DNA of 64,000 bases from Eledone cirrhosa (taxonomy: Eukaryota). Positions 28,115 to 44,000 of the stretch are shown here, piece after piece (position 1 is the first letter of the stretch; each line of letters begins with the position of its first letter). Both the position numbers and the translations under genes were made by a program. The stretch is from contig OZ024741.1 in the NCBI GenBank assembly GCA_964016885.1, forward strand, positions 25,234,001-25,298,000. The letters are read 5' to 3'. The notes under the pieces are model-generated. The model saw only the letters and a program-made list of their open reading frames with translations, was not told where the DNA came from and ran no database searches.

Positions 28115-31100
28115 GTGGTACCAACAACAACAGTAGTGGTACCAACAACAACAACAGTAGTGTTACCTACAACAACAGTAGTGGTACCAACAACAGTAGT
28201 GGTACCAACAACAACAACAGTAGTGGTACCAACAACAACAGTAGTGGTACCAACAACAATAACAGTAGTGGTACCAACAACAACAACAGTAGTGGTACCA
28301 ACAACAGTAGTGGTACCAACAACAGTAGTGGTACCAACAACAACAGTAGTGGTACCAACAACAACAACAGTAGTGGTACCAACAACAAGAGTAGGGGTAC
28401 CAACAACAATAGTAGTGGTACCAACACCAGTAGTGGTACCAACAACATCAGTAGTGGTACCAACAACAACAACAGTAGTGGTACCAACAACAACAGTAGT
28501 GGTACCAACAACAGTAGTGGTACCAACACTAATAGTAGTGGTACCAACAACAACAGTAGTGGTACCAACAACAACAGTAGTGGTACCAACAACAGTAGTG
28601 GTACCAACACTAATAGTAGTGGTACCAACAACAACAGTAGTGGTACCAACAACAACAGTAGTGGTACCAACAACAGCATTGGTACCAACAACAACAGTAG
28701 TGGTACCAACAACAACAGTAGTGGTACCAACAACAGTAGTGGTACCAACAACAGTAGTGGTACCAACAACAACAGTAATGGTACCAACAACAACAGTAAT
28801 GGTACCAACAACAACAGTAGTGTTACCTACAACAACAGTAGTGGTACCAACAACAGTAGTGGTACCAACAACAACAACAGTAGTGGTACCAACAACAACA
28901 GTAGTGGTACCAACAACAACAACAGTAGTGGTACCAACAACAGTAGTGATACCAACAACAACAGTAGTACCAACAACAACAGTAGTTGTACCAACAACAG
29001 TAGTGGTACCAACAACAACAGTAGTGGTACCAACAACAGTAGTGGTACCAACAACAACATTAGTGGTACCAACAACAACAGTAGTGGTACCAACAACAGT
29101 AGTGGTACCAACAACAGTAGTGGTACCAACAACAGTAGTGGTACCAACAACAATAGTAGTGGTACCAACAACAGTAGTGGTACCAACAACAACAGTAGTG
29201 GTACCAACAACAGTAGTGGTACCAACAACAACAGTAGTGTACCAACAACAGTAGTGGTACCAACAACAACAGTAGTGGTACCAACAACAGTAGTGGTACC
29301 AAAAACAACAGTAGTACCAACAACAAGAGTAGTGGTACCAACAACAGTAGTGGTACCAACAACAACAGTAGTGGTACCAACAACAACAGTAGTGGTCCCA
29401 ACAACAGCAGTGGTACCAACAACAACAGTAGTGGTACCAACAACAACAGTAGTGGTACCAACAACAGTAGTGGTACCAACAACAACAGTAGTGGTACCAC
29501 CAACAGTAGTGGTACCAACAACAGTAGTGTACCAACAACAGTAGTGGTACCAACAACAACAGTAGTGGTACCAACAACAGTAGTGGTACCAACAACAACA
29601 GTAGTACCAACAACAACAGTAGTGGTACCAACAACAGTAGTGGTACCAACAACAACAGTAGTGGTCCCAACAACAGCAGTAGTGGTACCAACAACAGTAG
29701 TGGTACCAACAACAACAGTAGTGGTACCAACAACAGTAGTGGTACCAACAACAACAGTAGTGTACCAACAACAGTAGTGGTACCAACAACAGTAGTGGTA
29801 CCAACAACAACAGTAGTGGTACCAACAACAACAGTAGTGGTACCAACAACAGTAGTGGTACCAACAACAACAGTAGTGGTACCAACAACAGTAGTGGTAC
29901 CAACAACAACAGTAGTGTACCAACAACAGTAGTGGTACCAACAACAACAGTAGTGATACCAACAACAGTAGTGGTACCAACAACAACAGTAGTACCAACA
30001 ACAAGAGTAGTGGTACCAACAACAGTAGTGGTACCAACAACAACAGTAGTGGTACCAACAACAACAGTAGTAGTACCAACAACAGTAGTGGTACCAACAA
30101 CAACAGTAGTGGTACCAACAACAGTAGTGGTACCAACAACAACAGTAGTGGTACCAACAACAACAGTAGTGGTACCAACAACAGTAGTGGTACCAACAAC
30201 AACAGTAGTGGTACCAACAACAACAGTAGTGTTACCAACAACAGTAGTGGTACCAACAACAACAGTAGTGGTACCAACAACAGCAGTGGCACCAACAACA
30301 ACAGTAGTGGTACCAACAACAGTAGTGGTACCAACAACAGTAGTGGTACCAACAACAGTAGTGGTACCAACAACAGCAGTGGTACCAACAACAGTAGTGG
30401 TACCAACAACAGCAGTGGTACCAACAACAACAGTAGTGGTACCAACAACAGTAGCGGTACCAACAACAGTAGTGGTACCAACAACAGTAGTGGTACCAAC
30501 AACAGCAGTGGTACCAACAACAGTAGTGGTACCAACCACAGCAGTGGTACCAACAACAACAGTAGTGGTACCAACAACAACAGTAGTGGTACCAACAACA
30601 ACAACAGTAGTGGTACCAACAACAGCAGTGGTACCAACAACAGTAGTGGTACCAACCACAGCAGTGGCACCAACAACAACAGTAGTGGTACCAACAACAA
30701 CAGCAGTGGCACCAACAACAACAGTAGTGGTACCAACAACAGTAGTGGTACCAACAACAGTAGTGGTACCAACAACAGTAGTGGTACCAACAACAACAGT
30801 AGTGGTACCAACAACAGTAGTGGTACCAACAACAGTAGTGGTACCAACAACAGTAGTGGTACCAACAACAGCAGTGGTACCAACAACAGTAGTGGTACCA
30901 ACAACAGTAGTCGTACCAACAACAGTAGTGGTACCAACAACAGTAGTGGTACCAACAACAGCAGTGGTACCAACAACAGTAGTGGTACCAACAACAACAG
31001 TAGTGGTACCAACAACAGTAGTGGTACCAACAACAGTAGTGGTACCAACAACAGTAGTGGTACCAACAACAACAGTAGTGGTACCAACAACAGTAGTGGT

Positions 31101-34100
31101 ACCAACAACAGTAGTGGTACCAACAACAGTAGTGGTACCAACAACAACAGTAGTGGTACCAACAACAGTAGTGGTACCAACAACAGTAGTGGTACCAACA
31201 ACAGCAGTGGTACCAACAACAACAGTAGTGGTACCAACAACAGTAGTGGTACCAACAACAACAGTAGTGGTACCAACAACAGTAGTGGTACCAACAACAA
31301 CAGTAGTGGTACCAACAACAACAGTAGTGGTACCAACAACAACAGTAGTGGTACCAACAACAACAGTAGTGGTACCAACAACAGTAGTGGCACCAACAAC
31401 AACAGTAGTGGTACCAACAACAGTAGTGGTACCAACAACAACAGTAGTGGTACCAACAACAGTAGTGGCACCAACAACAACAGTAGTGGTACCAACAACA
31501 GTAGTGGTACCAACAACAACAGTAGTGGTACCAACAACAACAGTAGTGTTACCAACAACAACAGTAGTGGTACCAACAACAACAGTAGTGGTACCAACAA
31601 CAACAGTAGTGGTACCAACAACAACAGTAGTGTTACCAACAACAACAGTAGTGGTACCAACAACAACAGTAGTGGTACCAACAACAGTAGTGGCACCAAC
31701 AACAACAGTAGTGGCACCAACAACAACAGTAGTGGTACCAACAACAACAGTAGTGGTACCAACAACAGTAGTGGTACCAACAACAACAGTAGTGGTACCA
31801 ACAACAACAGTAGTGGTACCAACAACAACAGTAGTGGTACCAACAACAACAGTAGTGGCACCAACAACAACAGTAGTGGCACCAACAACAACAGTAGTGT
31901 TACCAACAACAACAGTAGTGGTACCAACAACAACAGTAGTGGTACCAACAACAACAGTAGTGGTACCAACAACAACAGTAGAGGTACAAACAACAACAGT
32001 AGTGGTACCAACAACAACAGTAGTGGTACCAACAACAACAGTAGTGGTACCAACAACAGTAGTGGTACCAACAACAGTAGTGGTACCAACAACAACAGTA
32101 GTGGTACCAACAACAACAGTAGTGGTACCAACAACAACAGTAGTGGTACCAACAACAACAGTAGTGGCACCAACAACAACAGTAGTGGTACCAACAACAA
32201 CAGTAGTGGTACCAACAACAGTAGTGGCACCAACAACAACAGTAGTGGCACCAACAACAACAGTAGTGGTACCAACAACAACAGTAGTGTTACCAACAAC
32301 AACAGTAGTGGTACCAACAACAACAGTAGAGGTACCAACAACAGTAGTGGTACCAACAACAACAGTAGTGGTACCAACAACAGTAGTGGCACCAACAACA
32401 ACAGAAGTGGTACCAACAACAACAGTAGTGGTACCAACAACAACAGTAGTACCAACAACAACAGTAGTGGTACCAACAACAGTAGTGGTACCAACAACAA
32501 CAGTAGTGGTACCAACAACAGTAGTGGTACCAACAACAACAGTAGTGGTACCAACAACAACAGTAGTGGAACCAACAACAGTAGTGGTACCAACAACAAC
32601 AGTAGTGGTACCAACAACAACAGTAGTGGTACCAACAACAACAACAGTAGTGGTACCAACAACAGCAGTGGTACCAACAACAGTAGTGGTACCAACCACA
32701 GCAGTGGCACCAACAACAACAGTAGTGGTACCAACAACAACAGCAGTGGCACCAACAACAACAGTAGTGGTACCAACAACAGTAGTGGTACCAACAACAG
32801 TAGTGGTACCAACAACAGTAGTGGTACCAACAACAACAGTAGTGGTACCAACAACAGTAGTGGTACCAACAACAGTAGTGGTACCAACAACAGTAGTGGT
32901 ACCAACAACAGCAGTGGTACCAACAACAGTAGTGGTACCAACAACAGTAGTGGTACCAACAACAGTAGTGGTACCAACAACAGTAGTGGTACCAACAACA
33001 GCAGTGGTACCAACAACAGTAGTGGTACCAACAACAGTAGTGGTACCAACAACAACAGTAGTGGTACCAACAACAGTAGTGGTACCAACAACAGTAGTGG
33101 TACCAACAACAGCAGTGGTACCAACAACAGTAGTGGTACCAACCACAGCAGTGGTACCAACAACAACAGTAGTGGTACCAACAACAACAGCAGTGGCACC
33201 AACAACAGTAGTGGTACCAACAACAACAGCAGTGGCACCAACAACAACAGTAGTGGTACCAACAACAGTAGTGGTACCAACAACAGTAGTGGTACCAACA
33301 ACAGCAGTGGTACCAACAACAGCAGTGGTACCAACAACAGTAGTGGTACCAACAACAGCAGTGGTACCAACAACAACAGTAGTGGTACCAACAACAACAG
33401 CAGTGGTACCAACAACAGTAGTGGTACCAACAACAGTAGTGGTACCAACAACAACAGTAGTGGTACCAACAACAGTAGTGGTACCAACAACAGTAGTGGT
33501 ACCAACAACAACAGTAGTGGTACCAACAACAACAGTAGAGGTACCAACAACAACAGTAGTGGTACCAACAACAGTAGTGGTACCAACAACAACAGTAGTG
33601 GTACCAACAACAGTAGTGGTACCAACAACAACAGTAGTGGTACCAACAACAGTAGTGGTACCAACAACAGTAGTGGTACCAACAACAACAGCAGTGGTAC
33701 CAACAACAACAGTAGTGGTACCAACAACAACAGTAGTGGTACCAACAACAACAGTAGTGGTACCAACAACAGCAGTGGCACCAACAACAACAGTAGTGGT
33801 ACCAACAACAACAGTAGTGGTACCAACAACAGTAGTGGTACCAACAACAGTAGTGGTACCAACAACAACAGTAGTGGTACCAACAACAGTAGTGGTACCA
33901 ACAACAGTAGTGGTACCAACAACAGTAGTGGTACCAACAACAACAGTAGTGGTACCAACAACAGTAGTGGTACCAACAACAGTAGTGGTACCAACAACAG
34001 CAGTGGTACCAACAACAACAGTAGTGGTACCAACAACAGTAGTGGTACCAACAACAACAGTAGTGGTACCAACAACAGTAGTGGTACCAACAACAACAGT

Positions 34101-37100
34101 AGTGGTACCAACAACAACAGTAGTGGTACCAACAACAACAGTAGTGGTACCAACAACAACAGTAGTGGTACCAACAACAGTAGTGGCACCAACAACAACA
34201 GTAGTGGTACCAACAACAGTAGTGGTACCAACAACAACAGTAGTGGTACCAACAACAACAGTAGTGGTACCAACAACAGTAGTGGCACCAACAACAACAG
34301 TAGTGGTACCAACAACAGTAGTGGTACCAACAACAACAGTAGTGGTACCAACAACAACAGTAGTGTTACCAACAACAACAGTAGTGGTACCAACAACAAC
34401 AGTAGTGGTACCAACAACAACAGTAGTGGTACCAACAACAACAGTAGTGTTACCAACAACAACGGTAGTGGTACCAACAACAACAGTAGTGGTACCAACA
34501 ACAGTAGTGGCACCAACAACAACAGTAGTGGCACCAACAACAACAGTAGTGGTACCAACAACAACAGTAGTGGTACCAACAACAGTAGTGGTACCAACAA
34601 CAACAGTAGTGGTACCAACAACAACAGTAGTGGTACCAACAACAACAGTAGTGGTACCAACAACAACAGTAGTGGCACCAACAACAACAGTAGTGGCACC
34701 AACAACAACAGTAGTGTTACCAACAACAACAGTAGTGGTACCAACAACAACAGTAGTGGTACCAACAACAACAGTAGTGGTACCAACAACAACAGTAGAG
34801 GTACAAACAACAACAGTAGTGGTACCAACAACAACAGTAGTGGTACCAACAACAACAGTAGTGGTACCAACAACAGTAGTGGTACCAACAACAGTAGTGG
34901 TACCAACAACAACAGTAGTGGTACCAACAACAACAGTAGTGGTACCAACAACAACAGTAGTGGTACCAACAACAACAGTAGTGGCACCAACAACAACAGT
35001 AGTGGTACCAACAACAACAGTAGTGGTACCAACAACAGTAGTGGCACCAACAACAACAGTAGTGGCACCAACAACAACAGTAGTGGTACCAACAACAACA
35101 GTAGTGTTACCAACAACAACAGTAGTGGTACCAACAACAACAGTAGAGGTACCAACAACAGTAGTGGTACCAACAACAACAGTAGTGGTACCAACAACAG
35201 TAGTGGCACCAACAACAACAGTAGTGGTACCAACAACAACAGTAGTGGTATCAACAACAACAGTAGTGTTACCAACAACAACAGTAGTGGTACCAACAAC
35301 AACAGTAGTGGTACCAACAACAGTAGTGGTACCAACAACAACAGTAGTGGTACCAACAACAACAGTAGTGTTACCAACAACAACAGTAGTGGCACCAACA
35401 ACAACAGTAGTGGTACCAACAACAACAGTAGTGTTACCAACAACAACAGTAGTGGTACCAACAACAACAGTAGTGGTACCAACAACAGTAGTGGTACCAA
35501 CAACAACAGTAGTGGCACCAACAACAACAGTAGTGGTACCAACAACAGTAGTGGTACCAACAACAACAGTAGTGGTACCAACAACAACAGTAGTGGTACC
35601 AACAACAGTAGTGGCACCAACAACAACAGTAGTGGTACCAACAACAGTAGTGGTACCAACAACAACAGTAATGGTACCAACAACAACAGTAGTGGTACCA
35701 ACAACAACAGTAGTGGTACCAACAACAACAGAAGTGGTACCAACAACAACAGTAGTGGTACCAACAACAGCAGTGGCACCAACAACAACAGTAGTGGTAC
35801 CAACAACAGCAGTGGCACCAACAACAACAGTAGTGGTACCAACAACAGTAGTGGTACCAACAACAACAGTAGTGGTACCAACAACAGTAGTGGTACCAAC
35901 AACAACAGTAGTGGTACCAACAACAATAGTAGTGGTACCAACAACAACAGAAGTGGTACCAACAACAACAGTAGTGGTACCAACAACAACAGTAGTACCA
36001 ACAACAACAGTAGTGGTACCAACAACAGTAGTGGTACCAACAACAACAGTAGTGGTACCAACAACAGTAGTGGTACCAACAACAACAGTAGTGGTACCAA
36101 CAACAACAGTAGTGGTACCAACAACAGTAGTGGTACCAACAACAACAGTAGTGGTACCAACAACAACAGTAGTGTTACCAACAACAGTAGTGGTACCAAC
36201 AACAACAGTAGTGGTACCAACAACAGCAGTGGCACCAACAACAACAGTAGTGGTACCAACAACAGTAGTGGTACCAACAACAACAGTAGTGGTACCAACA
36301 ACAGTAGTGGTACCAACAACAACAGTAGTGGTACCAACAACAGTAGTGGTACCAACAACAACAGTAGTGGTACCAACAACAGTAGTGGTACCAACAACAA
36401 CAGTAGTGGTACCAACAACAGTAGTGGTACCAACAACAACAGTAGTGGTACCAACAACAGTAGTGGTACCAACAACAGCAGTGGTACCAACAACAACAGT
36501 AGTGGTACCAACAACAGTAGTGGTACCAACAACAGTAGTGGTACCAACAACAGTAGTGGTACCAACAACAGCAGTGGTACCAACAACAGTAGTGGTACCA
36601 ACAACAGCAGTGGTACCAACAACAACAGTAGTGGTACCAACAACAGTAGTGGTACCAACAACAGTAGGGGTACCAACAACAGTAGTGGTACCAACAACAG
36701 CAGTGGTACCAACAACAGTAGTGGTACCAACCACAGCAGTGGTACCAACAACAACAGTAGTGGTACCAACAACAACAGTAGTGGTACCAACAACAACAAC
36801 AGTAGTGGTACCAACAACAGCAGTGGTACCAACAACAGTAGTGGTACCAACCACAGCAGTGGCACCAACAACAACAGTAGTGGTACCAACAACAACAGCA
36901 GTGGCACCAACAACAACAGTAGTGGTACCAACAACAGTAGTGGTACCAACAACAGTAGTGGTACCAACAACAGTAGTGGTACCAACAACAACAGTAGTGG
37001 TACCAACAACAGTAGTGGTACCAACAACAGTAGTGGTACCAACAACAGTAGTGGTACCAACAACAGCAGTGGTACCAACAACAGTAGTGGTACCAACAAC

Positions 37101-40100
37101 AGTAGTGGTACCAACAACAGTAGTGGTACCAACAACAGTAGTGGTACCAACAACAGCAGTGGTACCAACAACAGTAGTGGTACCAACAACAACAGTAGTG
37201 GTACCAACAACAGTAGTGGTACCAACAACAGTAGTGGTACCAACAACAGTAGTGGTACCAACAACAACAGTAGTGGTACCAACAACAGTAGTGGTACCAA
37301 CAACAGTAGTGGTACCAACAACAGTAGTGGTACCAACAACAACAGTAGTGGTACCAACAACAGTAGTGGTACCAACAACAGTAGTGGTACCAACAACAGC
37401 AGTGGTACCAACAACAACAGTAGTGGTACCAACAACAGTAGTGGTACCAACAACAACAGTAGTGGTACCAACAACAGTAGTGGTACCAACAACAACAGTA
37501 GTGGTACCAACAACAACAGTAGTGGTACCAACAACAACAGTAGTGGTACCAACAACAACAGTAGTGGTACCAACAACAGTAGTGGCACCAACAACAACAG
37601 TAGTGGTACCAACAACAGTAGTGGTACCAACAACAACAGTAGTGGTACCAACAACAACAGTAGTGGTACCAACAACAGTAGTGGCACCAACAACAACAGT
37701 GGCACCAACAACAACAGTAGTGGTACCAACAACAGTAGTGGTACCAACAACAACAGTAGTGGTACCAACAACAACAGTAGTGGTACCAACAACAGTAGTG
37801 GTACCAACAACAACAGTAGTGGTACCAACAACAACAGTAGTGTTACCAACAACAGTAGTGGTACCAACAACAGCAGTGGCACCAACAACAACAGTAGTGG
37901 TACCAACAACAGTAGTGGTACCAACAACAACAGTAGTGGTACCAACAACAGTAGTGGTACCAACAACAATAGTAGTGGTACCAACAACAGTAGTGGTACC
38001 AACAACAGTAGTGGTACCAACAACAACAGTAGTGGTACCAACAACAGTAGTGGTACCAACAACAACAGTAGTGGTACCAACAACAGTAGTGGTACCAACA
38101 ACAACGGTAGTGGTACCAACAACAGTAGTGGTACCAACAACAGCAGTGGTACCAACAACAACAGTAGTGGTACCAACAACAGTAGTGGTACCAACAACAG
38201 TAGTGGTACCAACAACAGTAGTGGTACCAACAACAGCAGTGGTACCAACAACAGTAGTGGTACCAACAACAGCAGTGGTACCAACAACAACAGTAGTGGT
38301 ACCAACAACAGTAGTGGTACCAACAACAGTAGTGGTACCAACAACAGTAGTGGTACCAACAACAGCAGTGGTACCAACAACAGTAGTGGTACCAACCACA
38401 GCAGTGGTACCAACAACAACAGTAGTGGTACCAACAACAACAGTAGTGGTACCAACAACAACAACAGTAGTGGTACCAACAACAGCAGTGGTACCAACAA
38501 CAGTAGTGGTACCAACCACAGCAGTGGCACCAACAACAACAGTAGTGGTACCAACAACAACAGCAGTGGCACCAACAACAACAGTAGTGGTACCAACAAC
38601 AGTAGTGGTACCAACAACAGTAGTGGTACCAACAACAGTAGTGGTACCAACAACAACAGTAGTGGTACCAACAACACTAGTGGTACCAACAACAGTAGTG
38701 GTACCAACAACAGTAGTGGTACCAACAACAGCAGTGGTACCAACAACAGTAGTGGTACCAATAACAGTAGTGGTACCAACAACAGTAGTGGTACCAACAA
38801 CAGTAGTGGTACCAACAACAGCAGTGGTACCAACAACAGTAGTGGTACCAACAACAGTAGTGGTACCAACAACAACAGTAGTGGTACCAACAACAGTAGT
38901 GGTACCAACAACAGTAGTGGTACCAACAACAGCAGTGGTACCAACAACAGTAGTGGTACCAACAACAACAGTAGTGGTACCAACAACAACAGTAGTGGTA
39001 CCAACAACAACAGTATTACCAACAACAACAGTAGTGGTACCAACAACAGTAGTGGTACCAACAACAGTAGTGGTACCAACAACAGCAGTGGTACCAACAA
39101 CAGCAGTGGTACCAACAACAGTAGTGGTACCAACAACAGCAGTGGTACCAACAACAACAGTAGTGGTACCAACAACAACAGCAGTGGTACCAACAACAGT
39201 AGTGGTACCAACAACAGTAGTGGTACCAACAACAACAGTAGTGGTACCAACAACAGTAGTGGTACCAACAACAGTAGTGGTACCAACAACAACAGTAGTG
39301 GTACCAACAACAACAGTAGTGGTACCAACAACAACAGTAGTGGTACCAACAACAGTAGTGGTACCAACAACAACAGTAGTGGTACCAACAACAGTAGTGG
39401 TACCAACAACAACAGTAGTGGTACCAACAACAGTAGTGGTACCAACAACAGTAGTGGTACCAACAACAACAGCAGTGGTACCAACAACAACAGTAGTGGT
39501 ACCAACAACAACAGTAGTGGTACCAACAACAACAGTAGTGGTACCAACAACAGCAGTGGCACCAACAACAACAGTAGTGGTACCAACAACAACAGTAGTG
39601 GTACCAACAACAGTAGTGGTACCAACAACAGTAGTGGTACCAACAACAACAGTAGTGGTACCAACAACAGTAGTGGTACCAACAACAGTAGTGGTACCAA
39701 CAACAGTAGTGGTACCAACAACAACAGTAGTGGTACCAACAACAACAGTAGTGGTACCAACAACAGTAGTGGTACCAACAACAGTAGTGGTACCAACAAC
39801 AACAGTAGTGGTACCAACAACAACAGTAGTGGTACCAACAACAACAGTAGTGGTACCAACAACAACAGTAGTGGCACCAACAACAACAGTAGTGGTACCA
39901 ACAACAACAGTAGTGGTACCAACAACAGTAGTGGCACCAACAACAACAGTAGTGGCACCAACAACAACAGTAGTGGTACCAACAACAACAGTAGTGTTAC
40001 CAACAACAACAGTAGTGGTACCAACAACAACAGTAGAGGTACCAACAACAGTAGTGGTACCAACAACAACAGTAGTGGTACCAACAACAGTAGTGGCACC

Positions 40101-41060
40101 AACAACAACAGTAGTGGTACCAACAACAACAGTAGTGGTATCAACAACAACAGTAGTGTTACCAACAACAACAGTAGTGGTACCAACAACAACAGTAGTG
40201 GTACCAACAACAGTAGTGGTACCAACAACAACAGTAGTGGTACCAACAACAACAGTAGTGTTACCAACAACAACAGTAGTGGCACCAACAACAACAGTAG
40301 TGGTACCAACAACAACAGTAGTGTTACCAACAACAACAGTAGTGGTACCAACAACAGTAGTGGTACCAACAACAACAGTAGTGGCACCAACAACAACAGT
40401 AGTGGTACCAACAACAGTAGTGGTACCAACAACAACAGTAGTGGTACCAACAACAACAGTAGTGGTACCAACAACAGTAGTGGCACCAACAACAACAGTA
40501 GTGGTACCAACAACAGTAGTGGTACCAACAACAACAGTAATGGTATCAACAACAACAGTAGTGGTACCAACAACAACAGTAGTGGTACCAACAACAACAG
40601 TAGTGGTACCAACAACAACAGTAGTGGTACCAACAACAACAGTAGTACCAACAACAACAGTAGTGGTACCAACAACAGTAGTGGTACCAACAACAACAGT
40701 AGTGGTACCAACAACAACAGTAGTGGTACCAACAACAACAGTAGTGGTACCAACAACAACAGTAGTGGTACCAACAACAACAGTATTACCAACAACAACA
40801 GTAGTGGTACCAACAACAGTAGTGGTACCAACAACAACAGTAGTGGTACCAACAACAACAGTAGTGGTACCAACAACAACAGTAGTGGTACCAACAACAA
40901 CAGTAGTACCAACAACAACAGTAGTGGTACCAACAACAGTAGTGGTACCAACAACAACAGTAGTGGTACCAACAACAACAGTAGTGGTACCAACAACAGT
41001 AGTGGCACCAACAACAACAGTAGTGGTACCAACAACAGTAGTGGTACCAACAACAACAGT
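28115..41060. repeat. Higher-order repeat, copy B of the >=13 kb block (paralog of 1-12955)
   Basis: Same landmarks as copy A. ORF-track boundaries shift by 28114-28117 (53 to 28167, 1137 to 29254) and 28075 (1857 to 29932). Confidence 0.93.
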
Positions 41061-44000
41061 AGTGGTACCAACAACAACAGTAGTGGTACCAACAACAACA
41101 GTAGTTGTACCAACAACAACAGTAGTGGTACCAACAACAACAGTAGTGGTACCAACAACAACAGTAGTACCAACAACAACAGTAGTGGTACCAACAACAG
41201 TAGTGGTACCAACAACAACAGTAGTGGCACCAACAACAACAGTAGTGGTACCAACAACAGTAGTGGCACCAACAACAGTAGTGGTACCAACAACAACAGT
41301 AGTGGTACCAACAACAACAGTAGTGGTACCAACAACAGTAGTGGCACCAACAACAACAGTAGTGGTACCAACAACAGTAGTGGTACCAACAACAACAGTA
41401 GTGGTACCAACAACAGTAGTGGTACCAACAACAACAGTAGTGGTACCAACAACAGTAGTGGTACCAACAACAACAGTAGTGGTACCAACAACAACAGTAG
41501 TACCAACAACAACAGTAGTGGTACCAACAACAGTAGTGGTACCAACAACAGTAGTGGTACCAACAACAGTAGTGGTACCAACAACAGTAGTGGCACCAAC
41601 AACAACAGTAGTGGTACCAACAACAGTAGTGGCACCAACAACAACAGTAGTGGTACCAACAACAGTAGTGGTACCAACAACAGTAGTGGTACCAACAACA
41701 ACAGTAGTGGTACCAACAACAGTAGTGGCACCAACAACAACAGTAGTGGTACCAACAACAACAGTAGTGGTACCAACAACAACAGTAGTGGTACCAACAA
41801 CAACAGTAGTGGTACCAACAACAGCAGTAGTGGTACCAACAACAACAGTAGTGGTACCAACAACAGTAGTGGTACCAACAACAACAGTAGTGGTACCAAC
41901 AACAACAGTAGTGGTACCAACAACAACAGTAGTGGCACCAACAACAACAGTAGTGGTACCAACAACAACAGTAGTGGTACCAACAACAACAGTAGTGGTA
42001 CCAACAACAACAGTAGTGGTACCAACAACAGTAGTGGCACCAACAACAACAGTAGTGGTACCAACAACAACAGTAGTGGTACCAACAACAACAGTAGTGG
42101 TACCAACAACAACAGTAGTGGTACCAACAACAGCAATGGCACCAACAACAACAGTAGTGGTACCAACAACAGTAGTGGTACCAACAACAACAGTAGTGGT
42201 ACCAACAACAACAGTAGTGGTACCAACAACAGCAGTGGCACCAACAACAGCAGTAGTGGTACCAACAACAGTAGTGGTACCAACAACAACAGTAGTGGTA
42301 CCAACAACAGTAGTGGTACCAACAACAACAGTAGTGGTACCAACAACAGCAGTGGCACCAACAACATCAGTAGTGGTACCAACAACAGTAGTGGTACCAA
42401 CAACAACAGTAGTGGTACCAACAACAACAGTAGTGGTACCAACAACAACAGTAGTGGTACCAACAACAACAGTAGTGGTACCAACAACAGTAGTGGCACC
42501 AACAACAACAGTAGTGGTACCAACAACAACAGTAGTGGTACCAACAACAGTAGTGGTACCAACAACAACAGTAGTGGTACCAACAACAACAGTAGTGGTA
42601 CCAACAACAGCAGTGGCACCAACAACAACAGTAGTGGTACCAACAACAGTAGTGGTACCAACAACAACAGTAGTGGTACCAACAACAACAGTAGTGGTAC
42701 CAACAACAACAGTAGTGGTACCAACAACAGTAGTGGTACCAACAACAACAGTAGTGGTACCAACAACAACAGTAGTGGTACCAACAACAACAGTAGTGGT
42801 ACCAACAACAGCAGTGGCACCAACAACAACAGTAGTGGTACCAACAACAGTAGTGGTACCAACAACAACAGTAGTGGTACCAACAACAACAGTAGTGGTA
42901 CCAACAACAGTAGTGGCACCAACAACAACAGTAGTGGTACCAACAACAGTAGTGGTACCAACAACATCAGTAGTGTTACCAACAACAGTAGTGGTACCAA
43001 CAACAGTAGTGGTACCAACAACAACAGTAGTGGTACCAACAACAACAGTAGTGGCACCAACAACAACAGTAGTGGTACCAACAACAACAGTAGTGTTACC
43101 AACAACAACAGTAGTGGTACCAACAACAACAGTAGAGGTACCAACAACAGTAGTGGTACCAACAACAACAGTAGTGGTACCAACAACAGTAGTGGCACCA
43201 ACAACAACAGTAGTGGTACCAACAACAACAGTAGTGGTATCAACAACAACAGTAGTGTTACCAACAACAACAGTAGTGGTACCAACAACAACAGTAGTGG
43301 TACCAACAACAGTAGTGGTACCAACAACAACAGTAGTGGTACCAACAACAACAGTAGTGTTACCAACAACAACAGTAGTGGCACCAACAACAACAGTAGT
43401 GGTACCAACAACAACAGTAGTGTTACCAACAACAACAGTAGTGGTACCAACAACAGTAGTGGTACCAACAACAACAGTAGTGGCACCAACAACAACAGTA
43501 GTGGTACCAACAACAGTAGTGGTACCAACAACAACAGTAGTGGTACCAACAACAACAGTAGTGGTACCAACAACAGTAGTGGCACCAACAACAACAGTAG
43601 TGGTACCAACAACAGTAGTGGTACCAACAACAACAGTAATGGTACCAACAACAACAGTAGTGGTACCAACAACAACAGTAGTGGTACCAACAACAACAGT
43701 AGTGGTACCAACAACAACAGTAGTGGTACCAACAACAACAGTAGTACCAACAACAACAGTAGTGGTACCAACAACAGTAGTGGTACCAACAACAACAGTA
43801 GTGGTACCAACAACAACAGTAGTGGTACCAACAACAACAGTAGTGGTACCAACAACAACAGTAGTGGTACCAACAACAACAGTATTACCAACAACAACAG
43901 TAGTGGTACCAACAACAGTAGTGGTACCAACAACAACAGTAGTGGTACCAACAACAACAGTAGTGGTACCAACAACAACAGTAGTGGTACCAACAACAAC

